A DNA stretch of 64,000 bases from Eledone cirrhosa (taxonomy: Eukaryota): the NCBI GenBank assembly GCA_964016885.1, contig OZ024751.1, positions 49,228,001-49,292,000 of the forward strand, in the 5' to 3' direction. A program made the translations under genes and the position numbers. Positions 41,996 to 56,750 of the stretch are shown piece after piece (position 1 is the stretch's first letter; the number at the start of each line of letters is the position of its first letter). Under the pieces are notes generated by a model. It was not told the DNA's origin and made no database searches. It was given only the letters and a program-made list of their open reading frames with translations.

Positions 41996-43660
41996 AATAT
42001 AAATATAAATATATATATATATGAGTGAGCGTGTATGTACGGATTCTGAAATTAAAGATATGTTAAGCTGCATGTGCCACTTTTATATCCACAATACAAC
42101 CAACACCATCACCAGAATATAAAAGAAGAAAACAATGGTGACAAAGACAAATATAATGAAAGTAATATTAATATTTTTCTATACGATATTTTCTTTCTTC
42201 TATGCGATAATTCAATTTACACAATACACCTCTGAATTACGCCGTCTCGGCGATATATTTTGCTGTACAGTTGTATCTTTATCGATCTTTTCTTTGTTAC
42301 ATTTGGATTATTCGTGCATACCTTTTGTCCTTTATATTTTCTGCTAAGGGTATTTCAATAATATGAACGTCTACATTATTATTGTGATAACATTTTTATT
42401 TATTAATATTATCTTCTTTTTAAAATTATCTGCGTTTAGTGAAATAGATTGTGATAATTTTTTTTTTTCTTTTAAATATAAATTGGTTTTCGTTTTAAAA
42501 ATGTTGTGCTTTTCATGTTTTGGTCGGCAATTCTGTATTTCTGTTGTTGCTGTTATCATGGTTGTTGTGTTGAGTATTCTTCCATTTTGTTCTTTTTTTC
42601 ATCAATTTTGTGGCTGTTTGAATTCTCTTCTCCTCTCTTCCCTCTCTTTCGTCTATTGATTCTCTATTAACTTTTGCTATTGTTCCGTGTAAAAATCTGC
42701 ATTTTGAGAGTTCTCCGTTATAGACATGTGATAATTATTTATACTATGGGCATGTGTATCTTTAATTTTTTTGTAATTTAAAAGTTTTTACAGCTCAGAC
42801 GCAAACATATTATAAGCAGTAAGTCATTAACATTATCAACAACGACATTATTATTAACAATAACAACAGAAACAACAACGAGGAATTGTAACAAAACCAA
42901 CAGCATCAAAATGAAAAGGAAGCGCCTGTAAGAAAGGCTATTTTAACAAACATGAACTGCATCTGGGTAAAACAGAACTATCGCTCCAGTTTCTCATTTC
43001 CCGCGTAATTGGAGAATTTGTATGCCATGTGCAGTATGACACTTTCCTCCCGATGAAGTCAAACACGTGTGAATTAAATTGACACACTCATGGTTGCCAC
43101 CAGAAGTATATATCGGGTACGATTAATATAGTCTATGGTTTGATATATATTGATATCTAGTTGGAAATCTACTTTCATAATCAAATTTAGTATTCGTGAA
43201 GTATAGAGATACACAGTAGAGATATCTTAAAAAGAATCTGGTGCTAACGCTTTTTTCAGGTACAAAAATGGCACACACACATGTCCGACTCTCATCATTT
43301 TAGTTGCTACTTATTTGTCGAACTGGCAGGAGTTTGTTAAGGAATTATAAGGGAGGGATCTACCAAATGAATACATTCAATAAAGACGCCGTTTACACAA
43401 TCGGTAATGCTTTAGAGACTCTATCAAAAATCATAATCAAATACGCATATTTTTCACACCACTTTCTAGATGCTAAACAAGAAATGAGTTCATGTAGACC
43501 TTATATATTTCTCCACATCCAAACTGCAATGCAGGCAGTATTGATTTTCAGATGCTTCGAATGAGTCCCTGGGGCAATTATTTAGTTAGGGACACAACAG
43601 ATTTGCACTTGCCATAAATGAAATTTGCATTATAGGTATCTTTCTCTCTTTCTCTCTCTG

Positions 43661-43741
<81 letters not shown>

Positions 43742-44088
43742 ATCTCTTTCTCTCTTTCTATTTTTGTATACGGACCGAAAATCTGGGAATGTTAACTCAG
43801 ATACAAACAAACACATATATACACACAGCTATAAATGTATGTGTATATGTATATATATAAATATATATATATATAGAGATATATATGAATATATTTTCTT
43901 TTACACTTGTACAAAACCCTTTCTTTAAATCTATATACATGACCCTGAAGGGGTTTGAGGTGAACCCGAAACGCCTATGCAGTTTTAGGGTATGTATTCA
44001 AGTATGTATAAATATGCTCTACCTTTTAAAATGAATGGAATACGTTATTGAATTGTGTTATATTTTTAATCACTTGATAAATGTTATC

Positions 44089-44127
<39 letters not shown>

Positions 44128-45390
44128 TATGTATGCATGTATATATATATATATATCCGTGTGTATGTGTGTTTTTTTTTGTGTGTAAAGCACACGAATC
44201 GGCGATTTGCTGTAAATATATTTTCCTAGTGAATAATGTGGACAAAAGCATTTTCTTTATAAATATGGCTATTATTTAATCCTATTATTGAGAACACATA
44301 CGATTTTCACATCGCTTTTATTTGCCTTATTACTCCAGTTTAATCTAATGACTTATTGTCTGAGGCCAAACGTTTTATATTCTGATCAAAAGCATTATTA
44401 CATAGGAATATAGGGTTTAAGTGAACGTGAACAATAAAAACTGAATAGAAGAATACAGTCACTATACGTTTTCTTTCCTTTATTTTCTTTTCTTTTTATT
44501 CACTGAAAAACGTATAGTAAGCAAGTGAGGGAGGGTAGAAGTGAAAGGAGGACAGTGTGAGTGAGTGGCTGATTTTATACTGAATAAAGACAGAAAAAAG
44601 AGAAAGTAAGAGAGATAGAGAGAGAGAGAGAGTACCAAAAGATGGTTTCGTAAGAGGTATGTAGTGTAATAAACACACAATTAATAAAAAAGAAACTGGA
44701 ACCTCTTGTTAAAGCAAATTGCAAAAGCAATGAAAAACCGTTTATGCTGGTAATTTAACCTGCAATAACATTACGGCGATCGAAAAGGAACAACAAGAAG
44801 AGCAAGAACAACAATATAAAAAGCAATAATTTAAAGAGTAAAAAGAATATGCTAACCAACGAGCTAACAACAAACGATTGAATGTAAATTATTATTGAAT
44901 AGTTTCTAAATGGTGGAGATGGGCGTCATGTAAAAGTGAAAATATTCAAAATAAAACCATCCTTTGTGATACAAACTGGTTGGGAGGATGGTTAGTAATA
45001 CAAAGCGTAAATACAAAGCGGAAAGATAAATGGAAGAAGAGCAAAAATGAACTAGTAGAAAGAAAGAATGAAAGAAGAAAAAAAAGAAAGAATTTATAGT
45101 AGCTCAATGTTACAAGCAATGAAAAATAGATGAAGATGAACGACGAAAAAGAACAAAAAGATAATTCTAGATAAATCTTCTTATGTATTGAATTTTGATA
45201 AACTGTAGGGAATATGTTCGATGATGTAAAAAGAATATTGTTTCAAACTTATTGAGATACGCTCACTTCTCCCCTCTCTGTAAATATATATATATATATA
45301 TTTATGTGGCGGGTTGGTTTGGTATATGTAAGTGTGTTCGGAGGTGTCTGAAATATACAGATAGAGACATATGTTATATATATATATGTG

Positions 45391-45930
<540 letters not shown>

Positions 45931-45933
45931 ATG

Positions 45934-45993
<60 letters not shown>

Positions 45994-45995
<2 letters not shown>

Positions 45996-46032
45996 AAAAT
46001 AGTCAGGACCCGTCAGCTGAGGTCCGGCCGTT
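45994..46032 (-). mobile_element. Fragment of the half-hammerhead hairpin family
   Basis: ggaaaatagtcaggacccgtcagctgaggtccggccgtt resembles one arm of 41724-41820. Confidence 0.55.
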
Positions 46033-46270
46033 GTATATGTATATATATATCTGAGTTTCCCCACCATTATCTCCCCTTAGCTGATGCAGCCCATCGTTTG
46101 AGTGTCACCCTAGAACCTTAGAACGTTCTCCCAGTCACCTGTCTCCACTCCTCCCTGTCCTTTATTAGGCGGCAAATAAGTTGCAGTGATCTCATCTGTC
46201 GCGTCCTTGTTGGAGTTTCACAAGGATTGAAATTATCTATTTTACCTTCAGCTATATAACACGTATGCTA

Positions 46271-48083
46271 GGAAGAGGGTGTGGTAGAGGATTACGCATG
46301 ACGACAAGGAAGAGGATATGGTAGAGGATTACCCATGACGACAAGGAAGATGGTGTGGTAGAGGATTACACATGACGACAAGGAAGATGGTGTGGTAGAG
46401 GATTACCCATGACGACAAGGAAGATGGTGTGGTAGAGGATTACACATGACGACAAGGAAGATGGTGTGGTAGAGGATTACACATGACGACAAGGAAGATG
46501 GTGTGGTAGAGGATTACCCATGACGACAAGGAAGATGGTGTGGTAGAGGATTACCCATGACGACAAGGAAGATGGTGTGGTAGAGGATTACCCATGACGA
46601 CAAGGAAGATGGTGTGGTAGAGGATTACCCATGACGACAAGGAAGATGGTGTGGTAGAGGATTACACATGACGACAAGGAAGATGGTGTGGTAGAGGATT
46701 ACCCATGACGACAAGGAAGATGGTGTGGTAGAGGATTACACATGACGACAAGGAAGATGGTGTGGTAGAGGATTACACATGACGACAAGGAAGATGGTGT
46801 GGTAGAGGATTACACATGACGACAAGGAAGATGGTGTGGTAGAGGATTACACATGACGACAAGGAAGATGGTGTGGTAGAGGACTACACATGACGACAAG
46901 GAAGATGGTGTGGTAGAGGATTACACATGACGACAAGGAAGATGGTGTGGTAGAGGATTACACATGACGACAAGGAAGATGGTGTGGTAGAGGATTACAC
47001 ATGACGACAAGGAAGATTGTGTGGTAGAGGATTACACATGACGACAAGGAAGATGGTGTGGTAGAGGATTACACATGACGACAAGGAAGATGGTGTGGTA
47101 GAGGATTACACATGACGACAAGGAAGATGGTGTGGTAGAGGATTACACATGACGACAAGGAAGATGGTATCGTAGAGGATTACCCATGACGACAAGGAAG
47201 ATGGTATCGTAGAGGATTACACATGACGACAAGGAAGATGGTGTGGTAGAGGATTACCCATGACGACAAGGAAGATGGTGTGGTAGAGGATTACACATGA
47301 CGACAAGGAAGATGGTGTGGTAGAGGATTACACATGACGACAAGGAAGATGGTGTGGTAGAGGATTACCCATGACGACAAGGAAGATGGTGTGGTAGTGG
47401 ATTACACATGACGACAAGGAAGATGGTGTGGTAGAGGATTACTCATGACGACAAGGAAGATGGTGTGGTAGAGGATTACACATGACGACAAGGAAGATGG
47501 TGTGGTAGAGGATTACACATGACGACAAGGAAGATGGTGTGGTAGAGCATTACACATGACGACAAGGAAGATGGCGTGGTAGAGGATTACACATGACGAC
47601 AAGGAAGATGGTGTGGTAGAGGATTACACATGACGACAAGGAAGATGGTGTGGTAGAGGATTACACATGACGACAAGGAAGATGGTGTGGTAGAGGATTA
47701 CCCATGACGACAAGGAAGATGGTGTGGTAGAGGATTACACATGACGACAAGGAAGATGGTGTGGTAGAGGATTACACATGACGACAAGGAAGATGGTGTG
47801 GTAGAGGATTACCCATGACGACAAGGAAGATGGTGTGGTAGTGGATTACACATGACGACAAGGAAGATGGTGTGGTAGAGGATTACACATGACGACAAGG
47901 AAGATGGTATCGTAGAGGATTACACATGACGAGAAGGAAGATGATGTGGTAGAGGATTACACATGACGACAAGGAAGATGGTGTGGTAGTGGATTACACA
48001 TGACGACAAGGAAGATGGTGTGGTAGAGGATTACACATGACGACAAGGAAGATGGTATCGTAGAGGATTACCCATGACGACAA
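46271..48083. repeat. 37-bp minisatellite, about 49 highly homogeneous copies
   Basis: Unit GATGGTGTGGTAGAGGATTACACATGACGACAAGGAA. GTAGAGG recurs at 46321 and 46358. Recurrent variants include TACCC and GGTATCG. Confidence 0.97.
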
Positions 48084-49057
48084 ATGTGTTTCACAGTTCA
48101 GTCTCAGATGGAAACTAGACTTGCTAAGTTATAAAGATAGGTTTACTTGCTTTTTGTATGATGGACACAGACCACCAATTAACAGAACCAAGGCCGTGAG
48201 AGTTGACATGAACAGCTGTGTTTGTTTTTCCATTCTGCAGAGTCTTTAAATCATGTTGTGATCATCTTTGTCTTGCATGAATCCAAATATTTGTAGATTA
48301 ACGGAAATTTAAGAACGTTTGACTAAGTGTTTAATGGATATGTTCCCTCTTTGATGTTTAATTTGAAAGTCTCCATTCAATGCAAACGTAAGAGTTTAAT
48401 GCTGAACACACACGTAAATGTGTATTTACAATTATATATCTCTGTGGTTATATATGTATATACTTTCATGCATGTATTTAATTATATATATATAGATAGA
48501 TAGATAGATATAGTTACCACAGTGACGTAAACAAGTATTTAAGTATTTGTTTATATATATATATATGGTGTGGAAATATGTGTAGAAACGTATACATATA
48601 GATATATATAATTGCTACAAAATCATAGACTTCCCGTTCATAAGAATAAATGTATGACCACGAAAAATTTACAACTCTCTTTTATCATTTTAAATTAGTT
48701 TTGCAAGACGTGCTACCAAGTGAAATAGCATAACGCGGCACCGACAGACACTCCGTTTTAATTCTTCATATTACAATATTCTTCAATTCATTTATAGTGA
48801 TTTTTTTCTAATTCCATTACATTTGTATGGGGTTTGCTTACCGTTTTAAATTGTTTTATTGAATATATTCCTTCCAGTGTTCTCTCTCAGTTACTTTATA
48901 TCAGATTTCCTATCATATATTTCTTTCAATGTATCGTATTCTTACGGTTGTTTATATTTTTTTTTTTGGCAAATATTAATGTCTTGGGATAAAAGATGAC
49001 GTATGTTTGTATATATATATATATGTATATATATATAAATATATATACACACACATT

Positions 49058-49140
<83 letters not shown>

Positions 49141-49348
49141 TTAATTAATTATGCGTGTGAGCTGCTTAATTTTATTCTCTCAATATTCTATGTCGTTTCG
49201 GAGTCTAATCTTTGTAAAATAATTATCACCATTACAATTATATCGAATAATACTTGCCTCTTCCGTCTTCATCTGTTTGCTTTTTTTTATTCTTCCCCAT
49301 CATATTATTATTATTATTATTATCCGTCGTAGTCTTCTTCTTCTTCTT

Positions 49349-49381
<33 letters not shown>

Positions 49382-49562
49382 ATTATTATTATCATTACTA
49401 TTGTTGTAGTTCGTGTAGTTGTTGTTATTATCATTTGTGAATTTGTACTGTTGGATTTTATGCTAATCATAGATTTCATGTTTTATATTCTTTTGTGAAA
49501 TTCTGTCAAATCTAAACCTTGTCATTTATCATATATCACTGAGTAAAAGCACTTATTTATGT

Positions 49563-49605
<43 letters not shown>

Positions 49606-49953
49606 GATAATAATAATAATAATGATGCTAATAAACTTTAATCTGTTATTTTAATACATATATATATGTATATATATATGTGTACATATATATTTAAATA
49701 TATATATATATGTATATATATATATGTATATATATATGTACATATATGTTTATATATATATATATATACATATGTATATATATTTATGTATATATATATA
49801 TGTAAGTGTATGTGTGTGAGTGTGTGTGTGCGTGTGTGCGTGTGAAACCTCAAACATCTATAAACACACAGACACGCATTCACAAACATGCAAAAAAGAA
49901 ACACTCATAATATAGTTAAATTTAAATATATTTACCCTACATATATATACATG

Positions 49954-50112
<159 letters not shown>

Positions 50113-50113
50113 G

Positions 50114-50174
<61 letters not shown>

Positions 50175-50318
50175 ATATGTATATAGAAACGGACCGCGAA
50201 AGAGAGCGATTGGTAGATAGAATATTGCCTGAATGTATATACACATACATAATTATAGATAATCATAGGCATACACACACGCACATGTATGTATATATAT
50301 ATGTATGTGTATACATAT

Positions 50319-50415
<97 letters not shown>

Positions 50416-50764
50416 TAATTATGTTGAGGTTTGATTTTAGCATTTCTTTGCAGCCACCGTTTAACTATGATCTATTACCCAATATTAAAAATAACATTTA
50501 TATATTTTCCTCGTATTAAATATTCCCGTTTTTATTTTATCTATTAATCTCTAAACATATACAGAAACAAGTGCACACTCAGAGCTATACACACACACAT
50601 ACACATACACGCACACGCACACACACACACACACAACACACATACATACACAGAAATACTTATATAGATACACGCGAATTTTATGTATGCGTAAATTATA
50701 TCTTAAATTTTCTGAATAGTTTATTCCTATTTTCTTACATTTAAACATTTACAAACGCACACAC

Positions 50765-50849
<85 letters not shown>

Positions 50850-50851
50850 GT

Positions 50852-50898
<47 letters not shown>

Positions 50899-50964
50899 GG
50901 CGTGTCGTGTGTGTGTAAGTGTATATATGTATATATGTGTATATATGTACATATATGCCTATAA

Positions 50965-51005
<41 letters not shown>

Positions 51006-51101
51006 TAGAGAGAGAGAGAGATACATAGATAGATAGATACTTATGTGTATATATATACTTATATATATATATTTATATATATATATATATATATGTATAT
51101 T

Positions 51102-51261
<160 letters not shown>

Positions 51262-51448
51262 TATCATATATTTAGGGCTATCATTTGCTTTCACTATTTT
51301 TTTTTTCGATAAGTGGAGGTTACGAATTCTCAAGAAAACAATTGGAGCCACTTGGAAATCTTATGAATGATGACATTATTCATGGTGAAACAGAAATGGA
51401 CATATATATCTTTCTACTTTTTATCGAAATATCTTATGGTAATATAAT

Positions 51449-51550
<102 letters not shown>

Positions 51551-52252
51551 ATATGACAAAATGTTAAGGGAAGACATTTTTCTTTTTAAAGTTAATAAAT
51601 TATAGAACCTTAGTTCAATAAAATCGTGTTGAAACGAAATGTTTCTTAGATTTTCAACAGCAGAACGTTCGAGGTCTTGATATGTATGTAATTACAAATC
51701 ATTATAAGAAGAAATGTTTCTACTATAAGCACAAAGCCAGCAATTTGATGCGCCGGCCAGTCAGCATATACATGGGACATATGAATGGAACTGTATATCT
51801 CGATTGGATTTTTTGTCTGAAGAGAACACGTAGGGCAGTTGTATAAATACGCATAACAAAATAAATAGGGATGTACGAACGAAACCGTCTTCCTCGTTTA
51901 TTATTATAATAAAACTGCGGATGAACGAAAGATGTGGAGTGTTTCACATCTGTTAAGAAAATGTCGGCGGATTTTCAATCAACCGACTTACTTCTTTCCG
52001 AGAAATCTCAACATGAATAGACCTGTTATTTTTTTATCTAAAGACATTTCTTCCAATTCCACTCCACTTGTCTTTTCAATCTACCTTATTTCTCATTCTT
52101 TCTCCTGGTGAAGGAGTAGCGTCCGAAACGTTAAAGCCCCCTTCCTAATATTTCAAGCGTTAACCTAATATATTCATTCCATATACTGTACCGATCGTGT
52201 TGTTATTTCTGCTTACCTTTTAAATATATATATATATATATATATATATAGT

Positions 52253-52539
52253 AATTGTTTCTACGTTAAGCACAAGGCCAGCAAATTACCCAGTGTATTA
52301 CTGGTACTTTATTTTATCGACCCCGTAAGGATGAAAGGCAAAGTTAACCTCGGCGGGATTTGAACTCAGAATGGCAAGGGCCGTAACTCTATGCGTCAAA
52401 GCATGGCATCCGACTCTCTACCGATACTGCCAATCCACTGCCCTATATATATAGTAATAATAATTGTTTCTACTTTAGGCACAAGGCCAGCAATTATCCA
52501 GTGCATTACTGGTACTTTATTTTATCGACCCCGTAAGGA
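52253..52539 (-). mobile_element. Tandem SINEs: full copy 52253-52443 and truncated copy 52462-52539
   Basis: Both match the SINE consensus. TATATAGTAAT occurs before, between and after them. Confidence 0.92.
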
Positions 52540-53243
52540 TATATAGTAATAATAATAAATGTGAAGACTGCGTTCGCAGATTGCTTTTTAGTTTCAGACG
52601 ATCCCGTTAAGGGTGAAAGCAGCGATTCTTTGTTTAACCTTTAATCTGTTATTTTAATATATATGTATATAAATATATATATTTGTGTGTGTGTGCGTGC
52701 GTGTATCAGTATGTGACTGTTTCTGTGCATGTATATATGTATATACGTAACTAAATACCACTATAATCTGTCCTCCTTCATGTCCTTGACATATTTTTCA
52801 CCACAATTTAGACAAGTACCAATGGAACTAAAATTATCTAAATTCATGCAAATCTAAATATTGGGCAAAAAATGCATTTCATCCGGCTCTCATCACTTCA
52901 CGGCAATTTAACGGCTACGTTACTTGTGAGATATAATGAAAACTTCTGAAAGCATATATTGGATCGTCAAGTATGGAATTTGTAGAAATTTGGTGAAGAA
53001 AAAATAATTTCTACAAATTTCATATATATATGTATATATGTGTGTGTGTGCATGTTACTGAATTTAACAAGAAACTCAGCAGGGCTAATGGTGAACTGTC
53101 ACATATTTCTTCTAGAATTTTCACAACGCTCAGTAGTAAATTCGCAAGGTGTTTAGAAATCACGAATCAGAATTAATTTCTACAGCACACACCCATATAC
53201 AATATATTATAAATACTTGTTTCACTCTCTCTCTCCCTCTCTC

Positions 53244-53336
<93 letters not shown>

Positions 53337-53731
53337 ATATGTGTGTGTGTATGTATACATAATTACACACAGATGCACACATATACTTGCATGTAGGTTA
53401 TATTGTACATGTATCGATATAATATATATATATACGTCTGTGTAGGTGTGTATGTGCCTGTGCATATGTGTGTATGTATACATTAGATATATGGATATAT
53501 AGCTAGTGAAGAAATGTATATTTACTAGACAACCTAAATGGTTGTAAGTACGCTATCAAGTATAGAGATACGTGTGATATCGAATCTGCTGGACAACATG
53601 ATGAGAATCTTCAACGACAATCACTAAAATAGTAAAAACTCCACACTTACATACATAAATAGCCATATATATCCATCTTTACACACACACACATACACAT
53701 ACCTTTATACATATATATATATGTATAAATA

Positions 53732-53792
<61 letters not shown>

Positions 53793-53899
53793 GTATATAT
53801 ATATATGTATATATATATGTATATATATATATGTGTATGTATACACATATTTATACATATGTATAAGTATATACGTATACATATATATACGTATATATA

Positions 53900-54098
<199 letters not shown>

Positions 54099-54267
54099 TA
54101 TGTATGTATGTATGTATGTATGTATGTATGTATGTATGTATGTATGTATGTATGTATGTATGTATGTATACATCAGAAATGGAATCATGATTCATTGATA
54201 CCATTTATTAATTTACATAAGTTGACAGTAGGCTCTCGGCTAACGACACAGGAGTTGCTTCACACAA

Positions 54268-54312
<45 letters not shown>

Positions 54313-54382
54313 TGTGTGTGAGTGTGTGTGTGTGTGTTTTTGTATATATATATATATATATAATATTTATATATATATATTT

Positions 54383-54446
<64 letters not shown>

Positions 54447-54942
54447 TATATACAAACACTCAAATATATATATATAAATATATATTTACTCATATATATG
54501 TGTGTATATGTGCGTGTTATGACAATATTTCAGGATAGAACCTTCGCTGAAGCAGACGATACATGAACACACACAGAAACGTACTCTCGCACGCAATCAT
54601 GCATCCACAAACACAAACACACTACATATATATATACTCTGTGTATGTACTTCCTTAAAGGATACGCATTTCTTAGTATTTTATAAGATGTATATATATA
54701 TATATACATTAATATGTATATATATATATATATGTGTATGTGTGTGTGTGTGTATGTGTGTGTGTGTAATCGTGTGTGTCCATGCATGTGTGTTTTTCAT
54801 GTGTATTTTTCGCACATAGAGCGAAATATATAAATACATTGTGAACCTCCGTGAAAAATAGAGTGGTAGAGAATTATCAGAGAGAGAAAGAGAGACGAGA
54901 ATGAGAGTGAGGGTTAGATAGTGGTGAGAAGGTGAGAGAGAT

Positions 54943-55013
<71 letters not shown>

Positions 55014-55942
55014 AGAGACATCGTCACGAACGATAACTGATTAGATTTGACAAGTAGACAAAGTTGATTAAAATTAAACATCATTCTGTCGGGAAGGTAA
55101 GACGGACAATTCAGATTTTGCTACCTTTAAGCCTAGCATACATTGCATTATTCGCAGACAATTCTGACACGAGAATCTCATAAATATCCCATAGTTTAAA
55201 TGATGAAATATCCAATAACTAGAACCGAGTGGAATATGGGGTTCCGTTTTGTGTTTCTGTATCCATAATAAAATAAAGTACCAGACACGAAGGAAAAAAC
55301 ACGTTAATTTATATTTATATGAATTTTCTATTTTAGTATTCTTTCAGTTTCTAAGATGTAACATTTGAAGATACACTTCTTCACTAAACAATTACACACT
55401 GCAGAAAGACCATTCGAGCTCTTATCTTTCAATAAACACATAAAACTTTTATATTCCAATGTCATTTACTTAGTAGGATATCAGGATATCAGAATATTCG
55501 TTACACATCTATGAATGTCTGGCCGTGACGTCATTCCATAATAACTTACACGTGACTACAACAGATACGTGTGTTCTGAAAGGGCTAAAATGTTTATTCC
55601 GCCCTCTAATTAATTCAAATTCATCACAACCTGAAAATCTAATCATATGCCAAAGAAGTACGACTCCCATGTATCTTATCTGATGTTGTTGTTGTTGGTG
55701 GTGTCCAATATAAGGATACATTTTAGGATACATTTTCCCAGCAGTAACAGAAGCTTTGAAAATATTTCATGAGTGATATTGGTGTGGTATATGTTGATGG
55801 AGTGTTGTCTGCTATTTCTGTATACACACTTACATAAAAACTTATGTAAATAAATTCATAAAATCACAGACACACAGACACCGCCAATAGCCATATGTAT
55901 CTCTCTATCCATCTATCTATCCATCTATCTATTTATCTATCT

Positions 55943-56077
55943 ATTATTTTTTGTTATATCTTATTTTATTTTTATATTTTGTTATTGCCTCCTCCTTATT
56001 GAGGACGCCTTTTTGTGTAAACTCCCCCCTTTGTACTTGTCCCACTTTTGATGCCCTAGTGGCAAATAAAAGAAACA
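55943..56077 (+). mobile_element. Tx1-type family B, 3' UTR-only insertion in (ATCT)n
   Basis: Near-identical to 60318-60452 and flanked by (ATCT)n on both sides. Confidence 0.9.
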
Positions 56078-56095
56078 TATCTATTTATCTATCTA

Positions 56096-56136
<41 letters not shown>

Positions 56137-56138
<2 letters not shown>

Positions 56139-56501
56139 AAGTATCACTTTAGAAGGAGAATCAGGGTGGAGAGAGAGGCACTGCACCCCAGTAAATTTAC
56201 TGAAAGGTGGGTGAATGAAGCGAAAATGGCCCGAGTGATTGGGCCTTCTCTGTTTATAAGCCTGTAGGTTGAGGAAGAGAGCAAAAGGAAGAAAGGAGCA
56301 CTTGCACAACACGCTCCTCGAGTTGAGGGTTGTTCTATCGACGGGGTATTAAACAACCCATTTGTGGTGCCTCCCCCCTATTGGGGATTTCGATTGTTGA
56401 AATTGTTTGTTTTTATATTTTTTACACGACTGTATGTAAAATCCCCGGCATGTCTTTGTATTGTCCCCTTTCTTGTTGCGCCCTTGTGGCTAATAAAGAA
56501 A
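56137..56501 (+). mobile_element. Tx1-type related subfamily, 5'-truncated, in (ATCT)n
   Basis: Encodes KYHFRRRIRVEREALHPSKFTERWVNEAKMARVIGPSLFISL*. The 3' UTR ends CCCTTGTGGCTAATAAAGAAATCTATCT. Confidence 0.9.
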
Positions 56502-56510
56502 TCTATCTAT

Positions 56511-56726
56511 TTAGAGGACGTGGGTCCCCCCTGCGTCGGGCCCATTAACCGCGTCCTCCTAAAAAACTATCCCACCCCCTCCCCAAACACCCACACAACT
56601 CCAAGCTCCCCAACCACACAACACACTGATGCCCCTACACTTCCACAAACCACCACCCCACCCAACAACCCATCCCCCACCCTAATGGAAATTGTGCAGC
56701 CCGATACCCGGGACGCAGAGAGGTAA
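56511..56726 (+). pseudogene. Probable C-terminal remnant of LINE ORF1
   Basis: Open frame LEDVGPPCVGPINRVLLKNYPTPSP...DAER* starts at the element junction and stops 24 nt before the ORF2 ATG. Confidence 0.55.
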
Positions 56727-56750
56727 GTGCCTTTTCTCTTCACCACCAAC

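Noticed and set aside
43941-43992. Hammerhead-like CTGAAG GGGTTT...GAACCC GAAAC
   Set aside because: A9 is missing and stems I and III are ambiguous; possibly a decayed pLTR but not supportable.
46271-48083. CRISPR-like array (37-bp repeat length)
   Set aside because: Units abut with no unique spacers, there are no cas genes, and the context is eukaryotic.
52098-52136. Hammerhead-like CTGGTGA AGGA...TCC GAAAC GTT
   Set aside because: A6 is replaced by G, there is an extra base before stem II, and stem I is weak.
55509-55733. Possible minus-strand host exon ending in GTAAGT
   Set aside because: No recognisable peptide and no neighbouring supportable exons.
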